Origin: Elusimicrobiota bacterium
GTDB taxonomy: Bacteria > Elusimicrobiota > Elusimicrobia > UBA1565 > UBA9628
DNA: 64,000 nt
Reading direction: 5' to 3'
NCBI GenBank assembly: GCA_016182905.1
Contig: JACPFR010000005.1
Location: 12,185 to 76,184 of the forward strand
The translations under genes were made by a program, and so were the position numbers. Positions 45,773 through 55,200 of this stretch are shown in pieces. A model generated the notes under the pieces. That model saw nothing but the letters and a program-made list of their open reading frames with translations. It was not told the origin of the DNA and made no database searches. Position 1 is the stretch's first letter. Each line of letters begins with the position of its first letter.

Positions 45773-46180
45773 ATGATCAAAGAGGCGACGATCGGGACGC
45801 TCGCCAAGGCGGCGGGCGTCAACATCCAGACGGTGCGCTACTACGAGCGGCGGCGGCTGTTGACGCCGGCGCTGCGGCGCGAGTCCGGCTATCGCGTCTA
45901 TCGCGAGGACGCTCTGCAGAAGCTGCGCTTCATCAAGAACGCGCAGGAGCTTGGATTTTCCCTCGAAGAGATTCGCTCGCTGCTGCAGCTGCGCAGCGGC
46001 GGACCGGCGTCCTGCGAAAGGGTCCAGAAGAAGGCCGCCGAGCATGCTCGCGATGTCAGAGCGCGCATCGAACGGCTGCGCGCGATGGAGCGGGTACTCT
46101 CGCAACTCGTCAGGACCTGCCAGAAACGCGGCCGGACGGATGAGTGCCCTATCCTTCGCAGCCTGGAGGCCAAGAAATGA
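45773..46180 (+). CDS. MerR-family heavy-metal regulator (copy 2)
   Basis: TVRYYERRRLL, GYRVY; three Cys including CPIL. Confidence 0.93.
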   Translation: MIKEATIGTLAKAAGVNIQTVRYYERRRLLTPALRRESGYRVYREDALQKLRFIKNAQELGFSLEEIRSLLQLRSGGPASCERVQKKAAEHARDVRARIERLRAMERVLSQLVRTCQKRGRTDECPILRSLEAKK

Positions 46181-46863
46181 CGAGAAACATCCGCTTGCTT
46201 TATTTCAAGAACTGCCCAAACGTGGATGCGGCGAGGAGCAGTCTCCGTGCCGCGTTGGCGCAGGCGGGCCTGCCCGTCCACTGGATCGAAACCGATATCG
46301 AGGCGCCTGACTGTCCGCCTGATTTGAGGACCTTTCCTTCTCCAACCGTGCTCGTGGAAGGTCGGGATGTCTCCGGTGGAGGGCAAGCGCCGGAAGGAAC
46401 CGGGGCCTGCCGCCTGGGAGGCGCGCCCAGCGCAGAAGCAATCTCAAGGGTGCTCAATGATCACTCCTGGCTCGGCTCCGTGGCGGCTCTGCCCGCGGCC
46501 TTGATTGGTCTTCTTCCCGCGACGTTCTGTCCATTCTGCATCCCCGCGCTGGGCGGTCTGCTCGGGGCGCTGGGTCTCGGGGCCTTCGCAGGCCGCATCC
46601 TGGCACCCTTGACCCTGGCTCTCCTGGCAGTCGCCCTGGGTGGATTGGCCTTTCAATCCCGCCGAAGAGGCGATTACCGGCCTCTAATCGCCGGAGCGGC
46701 CGGCGCCGCGGCTCTCTTCGCCGGACAGTTCTTCCTCGAATCGGCGCTGTTGAAGGGTCTCGGCATCTCAGTTTTGGTCGGGTCGTCGCTTTGGAATATC
46801 ATGCCGAGAAGGCAAACTGCAGGCGGAGGACCCTGCTCCGCTTGCGCGAAAGGAGGTGAGTAA
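46177..46863 (+). CDS. Thioredoxin-like domain fused to a MerC-like transporter
   Basis: YFKNCPN...SPTVLVEGRD...ACRL, then CPFCIPAL.G...LGLG and 4 TMs; terminal CSAC. Confidence 0.8.
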   Translation: MTRNIRLLYFKNCPNVDAARSSLRAALAQAGLPVHWIETDIEAPDCPPDLRTFPSPTVLVEGRDVSGGGQAPEGTGACRLGGAPSAEAISRVLNDHSWLGSVAALPAALIGLLPATFCPFCIPALGGLLGALGLGAFAGRILAPLTLALLAVALGGLAFQSRRRGDYRPLIAGAAGAAALFAGQFFLESALLKGLGISVLVGSSLWNIMPRRQTAGGGPCSACAKGGE

Positions 46864-46864
46864 A

Positions 46865-47140
46865 ATGGCGAAGCGAAGAGTAGAGGTGTTCACTGCCGGT
46901 TGTCCCGTCTGCGAAGACGCGGTCAAGAAGGTCAACTCGGCCGCCTGCTCCGATTGTGAGGTCACGATCTATGACCTCAATCGAGGGTGCGCGACGAATG
47001 AATGCCGCGAGAAGGCCAAGGGATACGGCGTCACGCGGCTTCCCGCCGTCGTGGTGGACGGACGCCTGCTCGACTGTTGCAGCAAGGGTTCTGTCGAGAT
47101 CAAAGAACTCGAGGCTGCTGGAGTCGGCAAGAAGCGATAG
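46865..47140 (+). CDS. Glutaredoxin/thioredoxin-family small protein
   Basis: EVFTAGCPVC, YGV...PAVVVDG.L.DCC; AAGGAGG RBS. Confidence 0.88.
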   Translation: MAKRRVEVFTAGCPVCEDAVKKVNSAACSDCEVTIYDLNRGCATNECREKAKGYGVTRLPAVVVDGRLLDCCSKGSVEIKELEAAGVGKKR

Positions 47141-47143
47141 AAC

Positions 47144-47201
47144 GCCTGAATCGAAAAGGAGCCCCGGCGCGCGGAATCCGCCGGGGCTCTTTCATTCGGG
47201 C
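47144..47201 (+). terminator. Intrinsic terminator
   Basis: GAGCCCCGGCG / CGCCGGGGCTC stem followed by TTTCATT. Confidence 0.75.
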
Positions 47202-47211
47202 TGGCCGTTCT

Positions 47212-47286
47212 ACTTATGTTGCCTAGAACCTGCCGCCTTCGTCGAAATTTGCGGCCATCCGCAACATAAGTGCGACCGCAACATAA
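47212..47286. repeat. Inverted plus direct 11-bp repeats, RIT-terminus-like
   Basis: ACTTATGTTGC (47212-47222) / GCAACATAAGT (47261-47271); CCGCAACATAA at 47259-47269 and 47276-47286. Confidence 0.7.
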
Positions 47287-47391
47287 ATGATGCCGGACGA
47301 GGACTAAAGTCGGAGGTCGTCCGCCGAAAGGCGGGCGGCCGCTGCGGCGGGTCGGTCCGCGGCGCTCCACCCCGCAAGCGGGGTCCGAAAG

Positions 47392-47790
47392 TCAGGAAGT
47401 CAGGTCCGGATGATGCTTGAAGCCCGCCTGACGGAGCCGGACATAAAGGGGGAAGGCGTAGTCGTAGATCTCCCGGCCCCGCGCGGATTGCAGGCGGCGG
47501 ATTTTCCGGGCGTCCAGGCCGAGTTCCTCGATCAACCGGTCGATGAGCGCGAAGAGCCGCGCGGGCGTCATGCCGCGGAGCTTCCGACTCGCTTGGGGGT
47601 CGCCGTATGGCTGGTGCAGCTCGTCCGGCCCGAGGATTTTTCTGTAGAGCCCGCCGGGGAGGCGGCAGTGGAAGTTGTTCAGATACGGCCAGCCGTCGCG
47701 CCCGAGCTCCCGGCGCTTATGCGCCGCGATCTCTCGGTCGATCCGTTTGAGCAGGTCGCGCCTGGTCCCGCCGCGCTGTCGATTCCACAT
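47392..47790 (-). CDS. Hypothetical protein
   Basis: 132-aa ORF with GC3-rich codons and a GAGG RBS. Confidence 0.6.
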   Translation of the reverse strand: MWNRQRGGTRRDLLKRIDREIAAHKRRELGRDGWPYLNNFHCRLPGGLYRKILGPDELHQPYGDPQASRKLRGMTPARLFALIDRLIEELGLDARKIRRLQSARGREIYDYAFPLYVRLRQAGFKHHPDLTS

Positions 47791-47888
47791 GGGAGCCTCG
47801 CCTTGATCCTGCGCAGGATATCAATTATGGGCGGCGGAACCATGATAAATAGGAGGCTCCTTCGGACTTCCCGGCGGGTGAATTTCCA

Positions 47889-47917
47889 TTGACAGATCGC
47901 GAAAGGAGCATTATCCT
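47889..47917 (+). promoter_or_regulatory. Sigma-70 promoter for the response regulator
   Basis: TTGACA-N17-TATCCT. Confidence 0.65.
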
Positions 47918-47957
47918 GGGTCAGTCAGGTTTGCAATACCCTCTCGAGCCCAAATAA

Positions 47958-49079
47958 ATGATGACGCCCGCCGGCGGCTTCCCCGAATCCCGTGCGCCCA
48001 GCTCCCAAGCGGGGCTCGTCTTGGTCGTTGACGACGACAACAGCGTCAGGCATACGCTGCTCGACCTCCTGCACGGCACCGAGTTCCGGAGCGCCGGCGC
48101 CGCCTCCGCGGCGGAAGCCTTCGAGGCCGTGAAGAAGTGCCAGCCGCGGGCCATCCTCCTTGACTGGGCTCTGCCCGGGGGAATCGACGGCTTGGCCGTG
48201 TTGAAGGCGCTCAAGGCGGCCGCATCGACGAAGCACATCCCTATCATCATGATCTCCGGCCTCAAGCGAAGCGCGGCCGAACGGCTGACGGTCAAGCAGG
48301 CCGGGGCGGAGGACCTTTACGACAAGACGGACTTGATGAGCCGCAGAGCCGACTTCCTGAGCCTCTTGCGCGACGCCGTGGCCAAGAATAAGGCGCCTTC
48401 GACTTGGCGGCTCCTGGTCATAGAGGACGACGCGGAATTCCAGGAGTTCATCCGATTCGCCTTGGCGCGCCGGGAATTCGACGTCCGCTTCGCGGGCACC
48501 GGCCGCGAAGGCTGCGCGATGGCGCGGGACCTCAGGCCGAACCTCGTCATCCTCGACATGACCTTGCCTGATATCAACGGAGTCGACGTCTTCAAGTCCC
48601 TCCACGCCAACCGCGAGACGCAAGGCATTCCCGTCCTGGCCATGAGCGCCCTGGACAGGACGGCGGGGCCCCTCGAAAGCGCCCTCAAGGAGATAGGCGT
48701 CGACGATTACCTGCCCAAACCTTTCGGCGAGAACGAGATCCTCCAGCGCATGTCCAAACTGCTGGGACGAACCGCCGCGGGACAGCCGAACGGCGGAACC
48801 CTCGCGCGCGGGCGCGTGCGCCTGGAGATCGACACCAGGCGCGTTTGGGTCGGGGAACGCCTGATCGAGCATATCGGCTACAAGCAATTCGACCTGCTGC
48901 GCGTCATGATGGAAAGCGCAAGCGGAGTCTCCAGGAAGGAGATTCTCACCCGAGTCTGGGGCGGCGACGAGAACGCCACGGTCGTTAACGTGACCATCCT
49001 CCGGCTGCGTCGGGCGCTGGGGTTCGCCGAGAAAGAGGGAATACTCTCGATTCCCGACGGCTATATGCTCGTCGGCTGA
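47958..49079 (+). CDS. Response regulator with two receiver domains and an OmpR-type winged HTH
   Basis: VLVVDDD...LLDWALP; LLVIEDD...ILDMTLPD...DDYLPKPF; VSRKEIL..VWG...VNVTI.RLR..L. Confidence 0.9.
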   Translation: MMTPAGGFPESRAPSSQAGLVLVVDDDNSVRHTLLDLLHGTEFRSAGAASAAEAFEAVKKCQPRAILLDWALPGGIDGLAVLKALKAAASTKHIPIIMISGLKRSAAERLTVKQAGAEDLYDKTDLMSRRADFLSLLRDAVAKNKAPSTWRLLVIEDDAEFQEFIRFALARREFDVRFAGTGREGCAMARDLRPNLVILDMTLPDINGVDVFKSLHANRETQGIPVLAMSALDRTAGPLESALKEIGVDDYLPKPFGENEILQRMSKLLGRTAAGQPNGGTLARGRVRLEIDTRRVWVGERLIEHIGYKQFDLLRVMMESASGVSRKEILTRVWGGDENATVVNVTILRLRRALGFAEKEGILSIPDGYMLVG

Positions 49080-49115
49080 GCCGCTTCCTCCCGCGAACCG
49101 TCGCCCACGGGAGGG

Positions 49116-49159
49116 TGTAATCAACTGTAATTGACATCCCCGGATTCGGGGGTTATGGT
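49116..49159 (+). promoter_or_regulatory. Sigma-70 promoter with tandem TGTAAT boxes upstream of the giant gene
   Basis: TGTAAT at 49116 and 49126 (10-bp period) abutting TTGACA(49131)-N17-TATGGT(49154). Confidence 0.7.
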
Positions 49160-49204
49160 TGGGGTGGCCGTTGCCGGGCGTCGTTGAGTCGCGGCAGGCC
49201 GCCG

Positions 49205-52200
49205 ATGGCTTCAACAGACGAACCGTCTTCGCCGCCGAGCAATCTTCTCCGGCCGCGCCGTCTTTTCGCGGCGGCCGCCGTATCGGCCGCGCTGTCGCTC
49301 TCGGCGCTCGCGCTTGACGCCGAAGCCGCGACGGTCTCCTGGACGGGCGCCTCCGACGGCAACTGGTTCAACGCCGCGAACTGGTCTCCAGCCCAAGTCC
49401 CGACCTCCGCCGACGACGCCGTCATCGACCTGAACGCGACGGTCTCCGCATCCGGCGGGACCTCCATCGCGTTCGCCACTCTGACTCTCGGCGACGCCGC
49501 CGGAAACTTCGCCCCGACTTTGCGCCTCTCGGCGGCCCAGAGCACCAGCGGCTCGGTGACGATCCATCGCGGCGCGAGGCTTCAGCAGGACACGAACCAG
49601 CAGATCGTCTTCGGCGCGCTGGACGTGAAGCCCGGCGGGTTGCTGACTCACACGGCGAACACGTCCGCGCGCTCGTTCCTCCTTAATCTGAGCGTGACGG
49701 GGAACTTCGACCTGCAGGCGGGGGCCACGATCGCGGCCAACGGTCAAGGCTACGCGCCCGGCGTCGGGACGCAGAACGGCTTCGGGCCGGGCGCGGGCGT
49801 GTACGGAGGCGACGGCAGCGGCGCCGGCCACGGCGGCGCGGGCGGACGCGGCAGTTCCGGGGCCCTGGGCGGCGGGGCCTACGACAACACGACGAATCCG
49901 ACGGAGCTGGGGTCGGGCGGCGGCGGAAGCTACAGCACGACGGGCGGTGCGGGCGGCGGCGCGGCGCTGATCACGGTGGGCGGGGCGTTTTCGCTCAACG
50001 GCCTCGTCAACGCCAACGGCAACGACGGCGTCCGCAGCCCCCAGGACTACGGCTCGGGCGGCGGGGCGGGCGGGACCGTCAATATCATGGCGGCGTCGTT
50101 CAGCGGCATGGGCTCGGTCCTGGCCAACGGCGGCACGGGCGGCGCGGGCGGCAACAGCCGCGGCGGCGGGGGCGGCGGCGGACGGGTCTCGATCGCCGTC
50201 ACGGGCTCGGACAGCTCGAACCTGAACCTCCAGGCCAACGCGGGCGGAAACGGCGGCTCGGGCGCCGCGAACGGCGGCGCGGGCGTGATCGCTCTCAAGG
50301 GGCCGGGCGCTTCGATCTACAGCCTGACGATCGGCGGGGCGAGTCTCGCGGCCCAATCGGCCACGCCCATCACGGGCCCTGCGCCGACGTTCGCGAGCGT
50401 CACGATCAACAACGCCGTCGTGACCTTCGACGCGGGGAGCACGGCGAGCATCGACGTCCTCGCGACGACGAACACGGTGAGCATGACGGCGGCGACGCTC
50501 TCCGTCAACGGCCTCGTCGTGACGAGCACGATGAGCCTCACGGTCGGAACGCTCGCCCTGAACGGAGGAACCCTTGAGGTCGCCAAGGGCTCAAGCCTGA
50601 AGCTGACGGCGCAATCCTCCTCCGGCGGCGACTTGGTCGTCGACGGCGGCGGCGCCTTCGTGCAGATGAACACGGCGGCGCTGAACTTCACGGCGGTGAC
50701 GGTCCTGCCCGGGGGCCTGATCACGCAAGCGGCCAATACCAACACGCGCGCGGCGGTCTTGAACCTGAACGTGAGCGGGAACTTCGACCTGCAGCCCGGC
50801 GCGACGGTCTCGGTGAACGGTTTGGGCTACGCGGGCGGGACCGCCAACGGCAGCGGCTACGGCCCAGGCGCGGGAATATACGGCGGGGACGGCAGCGGCG
50901 CCGGCCACGGCGGCGCGGGCGGACGCGGCAGCTCCGGCGCCGGCGGGGGTGCGGCCTACGACAATGTGACGAGCCCGACGGACCTGGGCTCGGGAGGCGG
51001 GAGCAGCTACAACAGCATGGCGGGCGGAGCGGGAGGTGGAGCGGCGCTGATCACCGTGGGCGGGGCCTTCTCGCTCAACGGCGTCATCAGCGCCGGCGGC
51101 AACGACGGCGTCCGCAGTCCCAATGACTACGGCTCGGGCGGCGGCGCGGGCGGGACGGTCAATATCACGGCGGCGACGTTCAATGGCACGGGCTCGATAC
51201 TGGCCAACGGCGGCGCGGGCGGCGCGGGCGGCAATCAGCGCGGCGGCGGAGGCGGGGGCGGACGGATTTCGATCGTCGTTACGGGCGCAGATAACTCGAA
51301 CCTGAATCTCCAAGCCAACGGCGGAACCGGCGGCGGCTCGGGCGCGGCGAGCGGCGGCGCGGGCGTGATCGCGCTGAAGACCTCGGGCGGGGCGAATTAC
51401 AATCTCAGCATCGGCGACTTGAACTCCGCGGCGCAGACTGGAACGGCCGTCGCCGGCTCGACTTTGGCCTTCTCCACGGTCACGCTCAACAACAGCATCG
51501 TCAGCTTCGACGCCGGCAGCACGGTCAACATCAACAATCTGATCGTGGCCGGCGCGGTGAACCTGACGGCGGCGACGCTCGCGTTCAACGGCGGAACGCT
51601 TGAGGTCAAGAGCGGCGGCACCCTGCGGCTTTCCGCCCAGGCGACATCCGGAGGGAACCTCATCGTCGACGGCGGCGGCGTCTTCCAGCAGATGAACGCC
51701 GTGCCGTTGAACTTCGTCTCGATCAACGTCTTGCCCGGAGGCTCGCTCACGCACGCGGCTAACAACGCTTTTCGTTCGGCGGTTCTCAATCTCAACGTGG
51801 CCGGAGACTTCAACCTGCAGGCGGGGGCCACGATCGCGGCCAACTCTCAGGGCTACGCGGGCGGGACCTCCAATGGCAGCGGCTACGGCCCAGGCGCGGG
51901 AATATACGGCGGGGACGGAAGCGGCGGCGGCCACGGCGGCGCGGGCGGGCGCGGCAGTTCCGGCGCCGGCGGGGGTGCGGCCTACGACAACACGACGAGC
52001 CCGACGGACCTGGGCTCGGGAGGCGGGAGCAGCTACAACGGCGCGGTGGGCGGCGCGGGCGGCGGCGCGGTACTGATCATGGTAGGCGGGACGTTCTCGC
52101 TCAACGGCGTCATCAACGCCAACGGCAACGACGGCGTCCACAGTCCCTATGACTACGGGTCGGGCGGTGGAGCGGGCGGGACGGTCAATATCACGGCGGC

Positions 52201-55200
52201 GACGTTCAACGGCACGGGCTCGATACTGGCCAACGGCGGCGTAGGCGGGGCGGGCGGCAATCAGCGCGGCGGCGGGGGCGGAGGGGGCCGGGTCTCAATC
52301 GTCGTCACGGGAGCGGACGGCTCGAACCTGAACCTTCAAGCCAACGGCGGAACGAGCGGCGGCTCGGGCGCCGCCAACGGCGGCGCGGGCGTGATCGCGC
52401 TTAAGACCACTGGCGGGGTCAACTACAGCCTCTCGATCGGCGACCTGACGTCCGTGCCGCAGACAGGCAGCGGCGTCGGCGGAGCGGCGCCGGTATTCTC
52501 GACCGTCACGCTTAACAATAGCATCGTGAATTTTGATCCTGGCAGCAACGTGACGATCAACTCGCTGGTGGTGGTCGGCGGGGCCGTCCTCTCGGGTCAC
52601 AATCTTTCCTTTGGAAGCGCCGTCCCGATCCAGGTACGCTCTGGCTCCTTAAAGGTGACGGCCAACCAATTGACGGTCCCCACCGGCTCGCCCATCGAGG
52701 TCCAAGGCGGCGGAAGTATGGCTTTTGCAGTCGCCGGCAACTCGGGCGGCGCGCTCATCGTGCGCAACGGCGGCTCTTTTCAGCAGCTCAACGCGCAAGT
52801 CCTCAGCTTCGACTCGGTCCTTGTCGAGCGGGGCGGGATGCTCACGCACGCGCCCAACAGCACGACGAGATCTTCCGTCCTGAACCTGGCCGTCAGCGGG
52901 GCCTTCGACCTGCAGGCAGGCGCCACGATCGCGTTGAACGGCTTGGGCTACGCGGGCGGGACCGCCAACGGCAGCGGCTACGGCCCAGGCGCGGGAATAT
53001 ACGGCGGGGACGGCAGCGGCGCCGGCCACGGCGGCGCGGGCGGGCGCGGCAGTTCCGGCGCCGGCGGGGGTGCGGCCTATGACAACGTGACGAATCCGAT
53101 GGACCTGGGCTCGGGCGGCGGGAGCAGCTACAACAGCATGGCGGGCGGAGCGGGCGGCGGCGCGGCGATGATCACCGTGGGCGGGGCATTCTCGCTCAAT
53201 GGCGTCATCAACGCCGGCGGCAACGACGGCGTCCGCAGTCCCTATGACTACGGGTCGGGCGGCGGGGCCGGCGGGACGGTCAATATCACGGCCGCGACGT
53301 TCAACGGCACGGGCTCGATACTGGCCAACGGCGGTGCGGGCGGAGCGGGCGGCAATCAGCGCGGCGGCGGGGGCGCTGGCGGACGCATCGCGATCGCGGT
53401 GACGGGGGCGGACGGTTCGACCCTGACGCTGCAGGCCAACAGCGCGGTCGGCGGCGGCTCGGGCGCCGCGAACGGCGGCGCGGGCGTGATCGCGCGCAAG
53501 GCCCCGAGCGCATCCAGCTACAACCTGACTATCGGCGATCCGAGCGTCACGCCCCAGTCGGCGACGCCGCTTGCGGGGGCTTCTCCGACGTTCGCGAACC
53601 TGACGATCAACAACGGTGTCGTGACCTTCGACGCGGGCAGCACGGCGACGGTGACCGCCCTCGTGGTCAAGGGGACGGCCAGCGTGACGGCGGCGACACT
53701 GGCGCCGGGTACTTTGGAAGTGGCGAGCGGGGCGGTGCTGAAGTTGATGGCGCTGGCGACGAGCGGCGGTCTGCAGGTGGACGGCGGCGGGACGTTCGTT
53801 CAGATGAACACGGCGACGCTCGGCTTTGCATCGGTGTCGGCGCTGCCCGGGAGCGTGCTGACCCACAACATCAACTCCAACACGCGCGCGGCGATCTTGA
53901 ACATGAACGTGGTCGGCGACTTCGACCTGCAGGCGGGCGCGGCGATCGCGTTGAACGGCTTGGGCTACGCGGGCGGGACCGCCAACGGCAGCGGCTTCGG
54001 CCCGGGCGCGGGGATATACGGCGGCGACGGCAGCGGCGCCGGCCATGGCGGCGCGGGCGGGCGCGGCAGTTCCGGCGCCGGCGGCGGCGCGGCTTACGAC
54101 AACGCGACGAGCCCGACGGACCTGGGCTCGGGCGGCGGGAGCAGCTACAACAGCATGGCGGGCGGAGCGGGCGGCGGGGCGGCGCTGATCACCGTGGGCG
54201 GGGCGCTCTCGCTCAACGGCACGATCAACGCCAACGGCGTCAACGGCGCGCGCAGTCCGAATGACTACGGCTCGGGCGGCGGCGCGGGCGGGACGGTTAA
54301 CCTGACGGCGGCCGCGTTCAACGGCTCGGGCACGATCTCGGCGACTGGAGGTTCAGGCGGCCCCGGCGGCAATCAGCGCGGCGGCGGAGGCGGCGGCGGC
54401 CGTGTCGCGCTCGCGGGCTGCAACGCCAACAAGGTGACGAGCGGCGTGAGCGGCGGCGGCGCGGGAGGCTCCAGCGCGGTGGGCGGAAGCACCGGGACCG
54501 TCAACCCCACGATCCCCGCCGGCTGCCCCAGCGCGCCGCCCGCCCCGGTCAATCTCGCGGTCTCATCTGCCGGCGAAGACGCGTCCGGCAGCACCTTCAT
54601 CACGGCGACCTGGGACCCGGCCCCGTCTGCCCTCTCCTATACATTGCAGGCGTCCACCGCCGCCGACTTCAGCGGCATCGTCCATGCCGCGACGAGCGCG
54701 GCGACGACGGCGACCATCCTCGGGGTGACGCCGAACGCGACCTACTTCCTGCAGGTCGCGGCCTACAATATCGTCGGCTTCTCCGCTTTCTCATCCGCCG
54801 TGACGACGCGCACGCCCGCGGACCTCACGTCGCCACAACCGCCGTCGCTCGTGAGCGCCTCAGGCGGGCCTGGGGGCCGCATCTCGTTGTCGTGGCAGGC
54901 TGCGGCGGCCGGCGAGCAGACGACTTCCTTCAACCTCTACCGCGCGACCGAGGCCTACACCTCGACTACGGGCCTGACCTCGATCCAACTCCATGCGGCC
55001 GCGACCTTCTACACGGACGTCCCGCCCACCGATGGGACTTACTTCTACGCCGTGGCGGGACTTGACCCTTCCTTCAACGAGAGCGGGATATCGAACATGC
55101 TCTCCGCGCAGTCCCTGCACGCGGGACCGGCCGCGCCCAGCCTCGCCGCCGTCTTCAGCGCGGCGCAGAAGCATATCGCTCTGTCGTGGACGGCCTCGAC

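Noticed and set aside
4819-47140. Selenocysteine (in-frame TGA) in the rSAM, DUF3179, CMD or redoxin genes
   Set aside because: All catalytic motifs read as Cys in intact frames; the TGA stops fall at expected C-termini, often as ATGA overlaps.
47212-47286. dif/XerCD site
   Set aside because: The 11-bp units separated by 6 bp are direct rather than inverted, and there is no XerC arm.
47296-47395. Hammerhead ribozyme (CGGACGA-GGAC...GTCC-GAAA)
   Set aside because: The core deviates from CUGANGA, and stems I and III with a cleavage triplet could not be formed.
49600-54420. CRISPR array or DGR template/variable repeats
   Set aside because: The repeats are ~1 kb in-frame coding units; no cas or reverse transcriptase gene and no evident adenine-specific variation.
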